From an uncultured Bdellovibrio sp. (GTDB taxonomy: Bacteria > Bdellovibrionota > Bdellovibrionia > Bdellovibrionales > Bdellovibrionaceae): a stretch of DNA of 64,000 nt. Shown here piece after piece: positions 8,076 to 18,107 of this stretch. The position numbers were made by a program, and so were the translations under genes. The stretch is taken from the NCBI GenBank assembly GCA_963932905.1, contig CAWVRN010000027.1, forward strand, positions 55 through 64,054, read 5' to 3'. Positions within the stretch are counted from its first letter, which is position 1. Every line of letters starts with the position of its first letter. The notes below the pieces were generated by a model that was not told the DNA's origin, did not search any database, and saw nothing but the letters and a program-made list of their open reading frames with translations.

Positions 8076-10858
8076 GTTAGTGCCTCTACACATTTAGGAC
8101 AAATACCGGCGTGTTCACCCGCTGATGCAATCTGCGTTGAATATGTCCAACAACGGACACATTTTTCACCTAGAGCTTTATCTGCCTTGATAGCAAATTC
8201 GCCCTCTTTTACGTTTACATCAGAAACGATTAAAAATTCTCGTAAGCCTTTAAATCCAGTTAATGCTTTGTATTTTTCCGTCGGTGCCGTGATAGTAACT
8301 TGGGCTTCTAACGATGCACCAATTACTTTCTGAGTTCTTAAACCTTCAAGCACTTTTTGAACTTCTGTACGAACTTCAATTAACGATGCAAATTTCTCTT
8401 TCAAACTCGGATTTTTCCAATCACTGCTGGCTTTAGGGTAATCGGTTAAGAAAATTGAATCCTTCGTTTTAAATGCATAGTGTGAATATGATTCTTCCGC
8501 TAGGAAAGACAAAATCGGCGCCATCATTCCCATCAATGATTCTAGCATATAGAAAATCACTGTTTGGGAAGCACGACGTGGCACTCCGTCCACTTTCCAA
8601 GTGTAAAGACGATCTTTCAATACATCCAAGTACACTGCAGACAAGGTAACTGTGCAGAACTGATTAAGTGCATGGTAGACTTTGTAGAAATCAAATGTTT
8701 CGTAAGCGGCTTCTACTTTTTCCATCAGTTCATAAAGTTCATTCAAGGCCCATTGGTCTAATTCCGGCATTTGCGAAACAGACACTTTATCCTTTTTAGG
8801 ATCAAAATCAGAAACGGAACCCAGCAAGTATCTCATCGTATTACGCAAACGACGATAGGTTTCTGTGACTCGAGTTAACTCATCTTTCCCACACGAAACG
8901 TCTTGCCCATAGTCGCCGTATGCGGCCCAAAGGCGAACGATTTCGGCACCACTTTTACTTGATACTTCATTTGGATCAATAACGTTACCCAACGATTTAC
9001 TCATTTTGCGACCTTGAGGATCCATTACGAATCCATGAGTCAGCAATGTCTTAAACGGCGCTTGTCCCGATGTCGCCATCGACGACAACATCGACGTGTT
9101 GAACCAACCACGATGTTGATCGCTGCCTTCCAGGTAAATATCCGCAGGCCCGGTCTCTCCCATACGTTTCTTTTGAACAGCTGCATGTGCCACTCCAGAA
9201 TCAAACCAAACATCTAGGATATCTTTACCGTGACGGAAACCTTCGGATCCAAATTTATCTTTGTTCTTTGGATTACCCGATTTTAATTCGTATTTTTTAT
9301 TTCCCAAGAATTCAGCTACTGGAGTCGAATGGAATCCTTCGATACCTTTCTTCTCGATCACATCAGCAACCTTCATCATAACGTCGTGATCCACCAAAGG
9401 TTCAGCAGTCGCAATACAGTAGAATATTGGGATTGGCACACCCCAGATGCGTTGACGGCTTAAGCACCAGTCAGGACGATTTTCCATCATCGCTGTGAAG
9501 CGTGCTTTACCCCAATCTGGAACGAATTTGATTTTCTCGATCTGTTCAATCGTTTTTTTTCTGATTTGTGATTGTTCTAAATCAATACCCAAAAACCATT
9601 GCGGCGTTGTTCTAAAAATCAATGGTGTTTTTGATCTCCAGCAATGCGGATAGGAATGCTCGATCTCGACCATTTTGATTAATGCGTTCACTGATTTTAA
9701 TTTTTCGATGATCAAAGGATTCGCTTTAAAGATATTCATCCCTTGCCATTCAGGAACTTCTTCCGTGAATTTTCCAGAATCATCCACGGGGCAAAGTACC
9801 GGCAAATTATAACGAAGACCAACTTTAAAGTCGTCGGCACCGTGACCAGGAGCCGTGTGAACCGCACCGGTACCAGCATCTAGGCTTACGTGCTGACCAA
9901 GAACAATGCGTGATGTGCGATCGATAAATGGATGGCTCGCTACGACTGATTCTAAATCAGAACCTTTGTGAGTCGAAACTAAGCTCAACGTCATTGCATT
10001 TTCTTTAGCAAACGCATCTGCTAAACCTTTAGCGATGACTAAATTTTCTGATCCCGTATTGTAAACACCATATTCAAAATCGGGATGAAGTGCGATCGCG
10101 ACATTCGCAGGCAGTGTCCAAGGGGTTGTCGTCCAGATAACGAAATATGTTTTTCCTTTTGGCGAACCTAGGGTTGAAAGACTTTTCCCATCTTTCACTT
10201 CGAACTTTACATAAATCGAAGGTGATTTATGCATGTGATATTCAACTTCAGCATCTGCCAAAGCTGTTTTCAAAGTCCAGTTCCAGTAAACCGGGCGTTC
10301 ACCACGGTAAACGACTCCGCGTTCGTAGGCACGTGCGAATTCGCGCACTTCTTCAGCTTCGTAATCGTGAGCCATAGTTAAATATGGATTTTCCCAATCG
10401 GCTAAGATACCTAACCGTTTAAACTGAACACGTTGTTGATCGACCCACTTAGACGCTTCCGCACGACAAAGCGCCAGAATTTCTTGATCTGTTTTTACTA
10501 ATTTTTTATCCGTTAAATCCTTCATCACTTTGTGTTCGATCGGCAAACCATGACAGTCCCAACCCGGGATGAATTGAGTTTTAAAACCCTTCATAGATTT
10601 ATATTTTACGACGATATCTTTGAGAGTTTTATTTAAGGCGTGACCAATATGAATGTTGCCATTCGCATACGGAGGACCATCTTGAAACGTAAAGCTCTTA
10701 CCCGCTTTGTTTTTTTCAAGCATCTTGTTGTAGATTTTTTTCTCGTCCCAAACCTTGATCATTTCCGGCTCTTTAATATTCAAATCGCCCTTCATGGGAA
10801 ATGAAGTTTGAGGAAGCCTGATCGTAGATTTGTAATCTTTTGATTGAGTCGTGCTCAC
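8072..10858 (-). CDS. ileS: Isoleucyl-tRNA synthetase
   Basis: 928 aa with class I aaRS HIGH (PYANGNIHIGH) and KMSKS (GRKMSKSLGN) motifs. The C-terminal zinc-binding CVRCW...CPKC is present. It has a GTG start. Confidence 0.95.
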   Translation of the reverse strand: MSTTQSKDYKSTIRLPQTSFPMKGDLNIKEPEMIKVWDEKKIYNKMLEKNKAGKSFTFQDGPPYANGNIHIGHALNKTLKDIVVKYKSMKGFKTQFIPGWDCHGLPIEHKVMKDLTDKKLVKTDQEILALCRAEASKWVDQQRVQFKRLGILADWENPYLTMAHDYEAEEVREFARAYERGVVYRGERPVYWNWTLKTALADAEVEYHMHKSPSIYVKFEVKDGKSLSTLGSPKGKTYFVIWTTTPWTLPANVAIALHPDFEYGVYNTGSENLVIAKGLADAFAKENAMTLSLVSTHKGSDLESVVASHPFIDRTSRIVLGQHVSLDAGTGAVHTAPGHGADDFKVGLRYNLPVLCPVDDSGKFTEEVPEWQGMNIFKANPLIIEKLKSVNALIKMVEIEHSYPHCWRSKTPLIFRTTPQWFLGIDLEQSQIRKKTIEQIEKIKFVPDWGKARFTAMMENRPDWCLSRQRIWGVPIPIFYCIATAEPLVDHDVMMKVADVIEKKGIEGFHSTPVAEFLGNKKYELKSGNPKNKDKFGSEGFRHGKDILDVWFDSGVAHAAVQKKRMGETGPADIYLEGSDQHRGWFNTSMLSSMATSGQAPFKTLLTHGFVMDPQGRKMSKSLGNVIDPNEVSSKSGAEIVRLWAAYGDYGQDVSCGKDELTRVTETYRRLRNTMRYLLGSVSDFDPKKDKVSVSQMPELDQWALNELYELMEKVEAAYETFDFYKVYHALNQFCTVTLSAVYLDVLKDRLYTWKVDGVPRRASQTVIFYMLESLMGMMAPILSFLAEESYSHYAFKTKDSIFLTDYPKASSDWKNPSLKEKFASLIEVRTEVQKVLEGLRTQKVIGASLEAQVTITAPTEKYKALTGFKGLREFLIVSDVNVKEGEFAIKADKALGEKCVRCWTYSTQIASAGEHAGICPKCVEALT

Positions 10859-10959
10859 GCGTATGCCTTTTCGTTATAAGTATCTGATAAATATATTGAA
10901 TTCTGTTTTCTTAAACAAGTGGTAATTTGGTTAGCGGCACTGTCCAAAGACAGATGTGC

Positions 10960-11520
10960 CTAAAGGAGCTTTTTAGTCTTGTTATACCCGACCTGAATCA
11001 GCATTTTTAAGGCTTCTTGGTTTGTCGTTAGGTTCAATTTCAGACGAACTTCATTGATTAGGGCGATTGACGTTGAATCTAGCTCCAAAGAACCCGACAT
11101 TGAAGACACTGCCTGGGACGGTTGGGTATTCACATGAGTAGTCAGACCCGAATTATACTTTTTCTCCAAAGCCTGGAAATCCAAAGTTAATGCCTCTGCT
11201 ACTTTTTGAGGCGATTCACGCTTCGGTGGACCTTGAATATTCAAAGCATCCGCAGACTTAGCAGCGACCGCAGGAGTCCCCTCTTTTTCAAACTCACCCA
11301 TCAAACCTGCTAATTGTTTAAGCTCATGCTTAAAATTTTGGATCGAAGGGCGATCTAAAGCAGCGTCGCCGTCGCGAGTGGCTTTTAAATACAGACTGAC
11401 TAAAATATCAGGCGTGGTTGCCATTTCTTTTAGAGATGGATCCTGATTTTGCAACCAAGCGTACGCTTTTAAGAGCGAGTCTTTCGTGTAAGCTTGAGGT
11501 GGAATCGGATTCATTGTCAT
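10960..11520 (-). CDS. Hypothetical protein
   Basis: The ORF track gives a 199-aa frame from a TTG. I placed the start at the first ATG (MTMNPIPPQ...). There is no recognisable motif and the start is uncertain. Confidence 0.4.
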   Translation of the reverse strand: MTMNPIPPQAYTKDSLLKAYAWLQNQDPSLKEMATTPDILVSLYLKATRDGDAALDRPSIQNFKHELKQLAGLMGEFEKEGTPAVAAKSADALNIQGPPKRESPQKVAEALTLDFQALEKKYNSGLTTHVNTQPSQAVSSMSGSLELDSTSIALINEVRLKLNLTTNQEALKMLIQVGYNKTKKLL

Positions 11521-11700
11521 AGGAAAAACGACCCTAAGAATGTATCGCCTTCGAGTCAATACATCTTATTCGTCCATAAAAATAATGAATGGCATTATAA
11601 AAATTAATTATTTGGTGGCCAAAAATTTGAACATTTTCCTAAATAGCGTGAAATAGCTTGCCAGCGCTCATTTCACAAAAAATCATTCCACTTTCGTTAC

Positions 11701-12243
11701 TTAGTTTTTCTCTACAAATTTTTTAAGCGCTTTTAGTGTCTTAATTCGGGGTTTATGCTCGGAAATTTTAGTGTTGAGCGCGACACTCTGATCGATTTTT
11801 CCCGGCTCATTAATATCGAACACAAATCCTTGTTGCCAATAATCAGATGATCGACCTGACATTGGCTCTAGGGTTAGAATTGACAAAATTCTAAGTCCGC
11901 TATTAGATGTTTTTGCGGCAGTCGCCATTACGGCATCGACGGAAACAATATTCCAACCATTTTCAACTGTCGCCAGTTCGACTTGATCTACTATGTTTTT
12001 TCCGTCAGCTAAAACAAATTTAGGAACTTGAGACTCGCCACCAAGCTCTGAAAATGCAAATACAATTGTCTTTCCTTTTAAAGATCCTGAACTAATTTTA
12101 AAAACTTGGTCGAAATCTAATGTGTACCCAGGCATTGATGACGAATCGATGTCTGATTTCGCAATTTTCTCCAACAGGCCAGCATTTACGTTGCTAAGAA
12201 CACAGAAACAAATAGCAGCGACTATGTAAAATATTTTGCTCAT
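11701..12243 (-). CDS. Secreted hypothetical protein
   Basis: 180 aa with a signal peptide (MSKIFYIVAAICFCVLSNVNA). Confidence 0.5.
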   Translation of the reverse strand: MSKIFYIVAAICFCVLSNVNAGLLEKIAKSDIDSSSMPGYTLDFDQVFKISSGSLKGKTIVFAFSELGGESQVPKFVLADGKNIVDQVELATVENGWNIVSVDAVMATAAKTSNSGLRILSILTLEPMSGRSSDYWQQGFVFDINEPGKIDQSVALNTKISEHKPRIKTLKALKKFVEKN

Positions 12244-12403
12244 CGTTCCTATATAGTCAAAAACGTTTAAAGGCCTGTCAATGATCGATATGTTTAGTAT
12301 GACCGATTGTGACCAGCCTCTAACATCTAAGGCTAGCCTATACTACGGCACTATAGATTTCCCATTTTCATCCGATGAACACCTCATTAGGGGGACCATC
12401 TCT

Positions 12404-13300
12404 ATGATAAACAAGACTTTAGTATATTTCATAGTGGCTAGCTTAATGGCGTTTATTCTTTCCTCGTGCGATCAGGAAAACAAAACAGTGATTGTTGCTG
12501 GTGATAGCTGGGCTCAATTCGTTTGTGTCTATAAAAGTTTAGACACGGCTTTAAAAAAACAAAATATAAATAATGCAAAAACAAATTCAACCTGCCCGGC
12601 GACGACTCGAATCGGAATGCACGCGGACAATTGGTTATCTTCTAACTATGACAAAGCGACCGAGCTCGCACTGCTGGATCCGACCGTAAAAGTTCTTTAC
12701 TTGAGCATCGGTGGAAACGATGTTTTAAGTTCTTGGAATAAGAATCTTACACCTCAAGAAGAGGACGTCATTTTTAATAAAATTGTTTCCGACGTGAATA
12801 AAATTATCGAAAAATACGCAAAGCAAAGACCCGATGTTAAAATTTTGCTATCTGGATACGATTTTCCACGTTTCACGGAAGACAATGCCATCGAAGAATA
12901 CAAAAATATGTACTTTCAAATGGGGCAACCAAAAGCACTGGAAATTAACTCAGCGATCGTTAAGTTCTCGAACATGATGGCTGATGCCATAAAAACACCA
13001 AATGTTTTCTACATTCAGCACTACGGATTGATGCACTACTATTTTGGAAACTCTGGCAGCGGACTGGCTGCCGGAGTCACATCATCGCCCGACCTAATTT
13101 CTAGTCCTAGCAATATCAAACAAATTGGCGGGGACAAGAATTTATTAACTGACGCCAAGGCGATGATGACAATCGACTCGTCTGGTGTTGTTTTAGGTGA
13201 TGCGTTTCACCTTAGCAAAACCGGTTACAGCTACTTAGCTGACCATACGGTTTTCCATTATTTGAAAAATTGGCTAGAGGCCAAGGAAAATAAAAACTAG
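12404..13300 (+). CDS. SGNH/GDSL-family hydrolase (lipase/esterase-like), probable lipoprotein
   Basis: I moved the start to ATG 12404, preceded by AGGGGGA. It has a signal peptide with Cys (ILSSCD). Blocks VAGDSWAQ (GDS), SIGGNDV and GDAFHLS (DxxH) are present. Confidence 0.65.
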   Translation: MINKTLVYFIVASLMAFILSSCDQENKTVIVAGDSWAQFVCVYKSLDTALKKQNINNAKTNSTCPATTRIGMHADNWLSSNYDKATELALLDPTVKVLYLSIGGNDVLSSWNKNLTPQEEDVIFNKIVSDVNKIIEKYAKQRPDVKILLSGYDFPRFTEDNAIEEYKNMYFQMGQPKALEINSAIVKFSNMMADAIKTPNVFYIQHYGLMHYYFGNSGSGLAAGVTSSPDLISSPSNIKQIGGDKNLLTDAKAMMTIDSSGVVLGDAFHLSKTGYSYLADHTVFHYLKNWLEAKENKN

Positions 13301-13309
13301 TTAATCTGT

Positions 13310-13795
13310 CTACACTTTAACTGCTTTAGAAGCCGCTTCGTAATCTGCACGCAATTTCTTTCTGATCTTCGCTTGCTCATTACGTCTGCGCTCTACTTCG
13401 TTCTCGATAACTAACGGAGGCACATCCGAAGGCTTCCGATCTTTATCGACCGACACCATCGTGAAGAAAGACGACATCACATGACGAGTCGTTTTGCTGC
13501 GCGTGTCTTCCGCAATAACTTTAATCCCGACTTCCATCGACGTTTTTCCAGTGTAGTTCACAGAGGCTTTAAAAGTCACCAGCTCACCAACATGAATAGG
13601 CTCACGAAAAAAAACTTGGTCCACAGATAGAGTCACTACATATTGCCCAGAATAGCGAGCGGCACAGGAATAGGCTGCTTGATCTAGATATTTAAGAATC
13701 GCACCACCGTGAACATTTCCAGCGAAATTAACCAAATCCGGAGTCATTAGAATGGTCATTGTTAAACGCTTGTTGCTGGCAATTTCATTTTCCAT
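13310..13795 (-). CDS. Acyl-CoA thioesterase (hotdog fold)
   Basis: 161 aa. NVHGGAILKYLDQAAYSCA and the overall layout match YciA/BFIT-type thioesterases. Confidence 0.75.
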   Translation of the reverse strand: MENEIASNKRLTMTILMTPDLVNFAGNVHGGAILKYLDQAAYSCAARYSGQYVVTLSVDQVFFREPIHVGELVTFKASVNYTGKTSMEVGIKVIAEDTRSKTTRHVMSSFFTMVSVDKDRKPSDVPPLVIENEVERRRNEQAKIRKKLRADYEAASKAVKV

Positions 13796-13951
13796 GGTAA
13801 CCTCGCCTCCAAATTGTAGAGCTATTTTGATTTTGGTTACAAGGAGATATCCAATATTGGGCGATATTTATTTCTGTAGTAAGGAATTTAGATTCAGGAT
13901 TCAGAAAGCCTAAATAGATCCAACCAAGCACAGTCATAATTTTGGTCGGCT

Positions 13952-14350
13952 TTAAAAACCCTCTTTCTGGATATCATTAGTAACACCCAGAACTGAGTTT
14001 AGATTACATCTAACGTCGCTTTTAACTTCGCCAAAAGGCACGGCTACATTCAAATACGCATTTCCATCGGGTTGAATTGATAACAAGAAAAGTACGATTT
14101 CATCTCCATCGTTCCTGCCCATTCGTTTCAACGTGCGAACGCCGTCTACTGTTTCATCCGTTATAATCGGATTCACCATATTCAAGTATTTAGTTTTAAC
14201 TCGTGATTCTAATGTTCCATCCTGAACACGCAAGATTTCCACACCAATTTGATCTTTCTCATTAACGCAAACTAACTCAACATTTGAACTTGCCGTCTGA
14301 GCCAATGTAGTTAAAGAATAAAAAAGTAAAAAGATTGAGAACAATTTCAT
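13952..14350 (-). CDS. Small secreted hypothetical protein
   Basis: 132 aa with a signal peptide (MKLFSIFLLFYSLTTLAQT). Confidence 0.5.
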   Translation of the reverse strand: MKLFSIFLLFYSLTTLAQTASSNVELVCVNEKDQIGVEILRVQDGTLESRVKTKYLNMVNPIITDETVDGVRTLKRMGRNDGDEIVLFLLSIQPDGNAYLNVAVPFGEVKSDVRCNLNSVLGVTNDIQKEGF

Positions 14351-14413
14351 AAATCACCTCTAGTAAAATACATAGCCCTAGAATAACTTCTCTTAAAAAT
14401 TCTATTAAAAGTA

Positions 14414-14436
14414 CAAAAAAGACGAATCTCTCGTCT
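14414..14436 (-). terminator. Rho-independent terminator ending the rSAM-peptide-kinase-regulator operon
   Basis: The minus strand reads AGACGA-GAGAT-TCGTCT followed by TTTTTTG, immediately after the regulator stop codon (14437-14439). Confidence 0.6.
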
Positions 14437-15996
14437 TTACTCGCCGCTGTAATCCTTAGCTACGATGCCGTACTTTTCGATTTTTCGAAGAAGGGTCTTT
14501 TTAGGAATATTTGCGTGTAAGGCCGTTTGATTTATGCGACCTTTGAATGTTTTTAATGCTTTTATTATAAACTCTTTTTCAAACGTCTCTTTTTGAGCGT
14601 TGAAATCAAGTTCGCCGTTGAACGTAACCTTCATTCCCGCGCCGTCCATATCTATCTCGTCAGACTCCTCGTCGGAATCAACATCGGACTCTTCGACAAC
14701 ATCGATACCCGAATCCATAAATATCGGGCCCTTCGCCAACACCGACGACTGAGACTCCGCGAATTGCTTTTCAGCCTCGATCATTTTTTCCAAATCAAAC
14801 AGACTAACTCCAACTGCATCCAGAACCGCTTCTGGCAGCGATGACAAGGTGATCATATGGGAAGACTCGAGTACGAATGAATGCTCAATAACGTTCTCAA
14901 GCTCTCGAATATTTCCTGGCCAGTTGTATTTTTTAAGGATGTTCATTGCATCTACGGTTACACCAGAAATTTTCTTTTTATGAACTTCGTTAAACTTCTT
15001 AACGAAAATTTGGATCAAACGTTCGATGTCGTCTTTACGTTCAGCCAATGCTGGCAAGAATATAGGTACGACATTCAAACGATAGAATAAATCTTCACGG
15101 AAGGTTCCCGCTTTGATCATCTCTTCTAACGGACGATTTGTCGCTGCTATAATACGAACATTAGATTGAATTTCGCGGTTAGAACCAACCGGAGTAAATA
15201 ACTTCTCTTGAAGCACGCGCAGAATCTTAACCTGCATTAACTGCGGCATATCGCCGACTTCATCCAAGAACAGTGTTCCACCTTCAGCGAATTGGAATTT
15301 GCCAATCTTTCTTTCTGAGGCACCCGTGAATGAACCTTTTTCGTGACCAAACAACTCAGATTCAAATAAGTTTTCAGGGATCGCCGAACAGTTGATAGCT
15401 ACGAACTTGTCATCTTTTCTAGACGAGTTGAAATGGATCGCCTTCGCCACCAATTCTTTACCTGTACCCGATGATCCACGGATAAGAACTGGAGTATCTA
15501 CCTTCGCTAGTTTATTGATGATGTTAAACACCTTCTGCATTTGCGATGTATTACCGATAATTTTACGACCCGCTTCTACCAATACAGGCGAGCTAGCGGC
15601 GATGTTTGAAATTAATGAATGGGCATGGATCGCTTTTTCTACTAACGCGATTAAGTCTTCGGCCGCTACTGGCTTAGAAATATAATTGTAAGCGCCATCT
15701 TTGACCGCAACAACGGCGTCGTTCAAAGTAGCATGCGCTGTTAGCATTAACACGATCACACCCGGATCGAATTCTTTCATTTGTTTTAAAGCTTGAAGAC
15801 CGTTCAAGCGAGGCATGTCGACATCCAGTAATACGATATCGATTTTAGAACCTTCAGCGGTAGCTGCTTTGATTTTTTCAAGGGCGTTAATACCATCGAA
15901 TGCTTCAGAAACTTCGAATTTTTTTAAGGCTGCAAAAGCTGATTTGATAGAAAAACGCAATCCTGCATCGTCATCAACCACTAGAATTTTAAACAT
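14437..15996 (-). CDS. Sigma-54-dependent response regulator (NtrC family enhancer-binding protein)
   Basis: 519 aa. The REC domain reads ILVVDDD...LLDVDMP. The AAA+ domain has Walker A GSSGTGKE and ESELFGHEKGSFTGA (GAFTGA loop). A C-terminal Fis-type HTH is present, with an acidic insert (EESDVDSDEESDEID) before it. Confidence 0.9.
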   Translation of the reverse strand: MFKILVVDDDAGLRFSIKSAFAALKKFEVSEAFDGINALEKIKAATAEGSKIDIVLLDVDMPRLNGLQALKQMKEFDPGVIVLMLTAHATLNDAVVAVKDGAYNYISKPVAAEDLIALVEKAIHAHSLISNIAASSPVLVEAGRKIIGNTSQMQKVFNIINKLAKVDTPVLIRGSSGTGKELVAKAIHFNSSRKDDKFVAINCSAIPENLFESELFGHEKGSFTGASERKIGKFQFAEGGTLFLDEVGDMPQLMQVKILRVLQEKLFTPVGSNREIQSNVRIIAATNRPLEEMIKAGTFREDLFYRLNVVPIFLPALAERKDDIERLIQIFVKKFNEVHKKKISGVTVDAMNILKKYNWPGNIRELENVIEHSFVLESSHMITLSSLPEAVLDAVGVSLFDLEKMIEAEKQFAESQSSVLAKGPIFMDSGIDVVEESDVDSDEESDEIDMDGAGMKVTFNGELDFNAQKETFEKEFIIKALKTFKGRINQTALHANIPKKTLLRKIEKYGIVAKDYSGE

Positions 15997-16038
15997 CGAG
16001 GCCTCCTGAGCAGGCTCCCAACGTCTTGGAAACCTTAG

Positions 16039-17910
16039 TTAAAGCTGCGGCAATTGTACTACAAAAATCGTCCCTTTACCAGAGTCCGACTCTACAAATA
16101 TTTGCCCTTGGTGAAGCTCTGTAAAATATTTAGCCAGATATAGGCCCAATCCTGACCCTTTTATCGGCGAGCTCTTCGCATTTGCGCTCCTATAGAACTT
16201 CGAGAATAGGTGAGGCAATTCTTGGGCCGCAATGCCGGGTCCTTGATCCGCAATCACAAAAAATACGAAGCCATCTTTTTCATAGGTCTTTACGCTAATT
16301 TGCGTCTGCTCGGGCGCATATTTAATGGCATTTTCCAAAATATTCGAAAAAACCTGCCTCATCAGGTCTGGATCCATCCTAATTGGGAATAGAGGCTCAA
16401 GTTCAGAATGGATCTTCATCTTTTTGATCTGTGCCAAGAACTCGTGCTTTTTGATTACATCAGTGATTAGATTGTTTGGGTCCTTAGACTGCCAGTGCAG
16501 CTCAACACCCTGGAATTCAATTTTAGCGTAATTTAAAATAGAATTAATGAACTTCAACAAATCATCGCTAGACGATCTAATTGTGTCTACCGCTTCCCTT
16601 TGAGGAAGGCTGACACTTTGCTGATCCGCCAAAATAACATCCGTCATTCCCTTAATACGCGCAATAGGTGTCTTTAAATCGTGGGACATCATCGAAATGA
16701 AATTCGTTTTTAATTCCTCAACCTGTTTTAAAAGCCTGTTCTTTTCGTAATATTCCCAGCTACGACGATTCTCGATAATCAAGCGATAGGGAATGAAGAA
16801 ATAGTAACATAGAAAAATTGCCAGCAGCGGATGGGCCATTGATATCCAAAATCCAAATGGCCAAAATGCAAAATACGCGATCGCCACATACGATACCAGC
16901 AACGAGATAATAATTAACAAGCCCACGGCCGGACGAACCGCAAATACGATGTAAACAGTAATGATCGAGATCAAAATAGTCAGGGCTAAATTGAGCCACA
17001 CGGGTGCACGCACAATCGCGTTGTTCAGTATCAACGTATCAAACATATTGGCGTGCATTTCCGTCGTCGTCATCGCAATCGATGAACGGGAATACGGAGT
17101 CAGGATATAATCTTTTTCAGTTAATTCTAAATTCTGACCAATGATAACGATTTTATCTTTGATCGCCTGAGCTGAAACTTTGCCTTCCGCAAAATAGTGG
17201 AATGGAATTTTGTCATAGGAATTAGTCGGACGGAAATGAATATAAATTTGATCGGTTTCTAAGAAATTAAATAAACCTCGAATTTTATATTTTTCAGCAA
17301 CATCAGGATTATAGGTCGACGCCAGAAACGGATGGATCATGACTTGATCTTGGTAATTAACCATCATCCGGCGAGTTACACCATCTTTAGCAAAGTTGGC
17401 CGTGTCCGTGCTTTTAGGACCCGAAAATAATTTAATGCCCTCAAAAGGCTCGCTCATTTTAAGCTTACCTTCTTCACCACGCATTTCTAAAAAATTGGTC
17501 AGAACAAAGAGTTGTGGAAATGGTTCCGCCGCTTTTGCAAAATCCACTTTCTCTTTTTGATTTCCACTGATTTCGTCATAATTTAAATCATAGACGATGG
17601 CTCGTGGGCCAAGCTTTTTAATTTCTTCTAAAACTTTGGTGTGATCACTGAACTTTGGGATGCCTTTAAAATACTCAACTGATTCCGGATTGATTTCGGC
17701 TATCAAAATGTGCCCTGATGTTTCAGGAGCGGGAGAATATCGAACGCGTAGGTCGTAAAGGTAAGCTTCAAAGAAATCCAGCTTGATTTGATTGATAAAC
17801 AAAGCCAGACCGGTCGCTAGCGCCACTCGGAAAACCATGATTCCTAGAAATTTTATTCTGTCCCAACGGGACGTGGTATCAGTGGTTTTAAGCGAGGGCG
17901 GTAGTGCCAT
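16039..17910 (-). CDS. CHASE2-domain sensor histidine kinase
   Basis: 623 aa. Layout is an N-terminal TM helix, a periplasmic region of about 270 aa with a CHASE2-like pattern (ILIAEINPESVEYFKG...RAIVYDLNYDE), a cluster of TM helices, an H-box (SHDLKTPIARIKG) and an HATPase domain (GSGLGLYLAK). Confidence 0.8.
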   Translation of the reverse strand: MALPPSLKTTDTTSRWDRIKFLGIMVFRVALATGLALFINQIKLDFFEAYLYDLRVRYSPAPETSGHILIAEINPESVEYFKGIPKFSDHTKVLEEIKKLGPRAIVYDLNYDEISGNQKEKVDFAKAAEPFPQLFVLTNFLEMRGEEGKLKMSEPFEGIKLFSGPKSTDTANFAKDGVTRRMMVNYQDQVMIHPFLASTYNPDVAEKYKIRGLFNFLETDQIYIHFRPTNSYDKIPFHYFAEGKVSAQAIKDKIVIIGQNLELTEKDYILTPYSRSSIAMTTTEMHANMFDTLILNNAIVRAPVWLNLALTILISIITVYIVFAVRPAVGLLIIISLLVSYVAIAYFAFWPFGFWISMAHPLLAIFLCYYFFIPYRLIIENRRSWEYYEKNRLLKQVEELKTNFISMMSHDLKTPIARIKGMTDVILADQQSVSLPQREAVDTIRSSSDDLLKFINSILNYAKIEFQGVELHWQSKDPNNLITDVIKKHEFLAQIKKMKIHSELEPLFPIRMDPDLMRQVFSNILENAIKYAPEQTQISVKTYEKDGFVFFVIADQGPGIAAQELPHLFSKFYRSANAKSSPIKGSGLGLYLAKYFTELHQGQIFVESDSGKGTIFVVQLPQL

Positions 17911-17917
17911 TAGTTTT

Positions 17918-18058
17918 TTATCTTATTGGTAAACAGCCTTCGCCACCTTTGGCTTTAATAGCAGCTGATTCGCTATTAGCACCTTTAGATGATGATTTTG
18001 GCTTAATTTTTTTAATACTTTTAGATTTCATAATCGTTCCTAGTTCGATGTTTAACAT
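17918..18058 (-). CDS. Unannotated short ORF: candidate precursor peptide ending in CLPIR
   Basis: Hand translation of the minus strand gives MLNIELGTIMKSKSIKKIKPKSSSKGANSESAAIKAKGGEGCLPIR (46 aa from ATG 18058, with GGGG upstream). The alternative is 37 aa from ATG 18031, with AGGAA 6 nt upstream. The TAA stop at 17918-17920 lies 7 nt before the kinase ATG. It is below the 60-aa ORF-track cutoff. Confidence 0.5.
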   Translation of the reverse strand: MLNIELGTIMKSKSIKKIKPKSSSKGANSESAAIKAKGGEGCLPIR

Positions 18059-18107
18059 ATATACCCCTTTTTAAAAAATTTCAATTTTAATATCCGTTTT
18101 CAGACCA

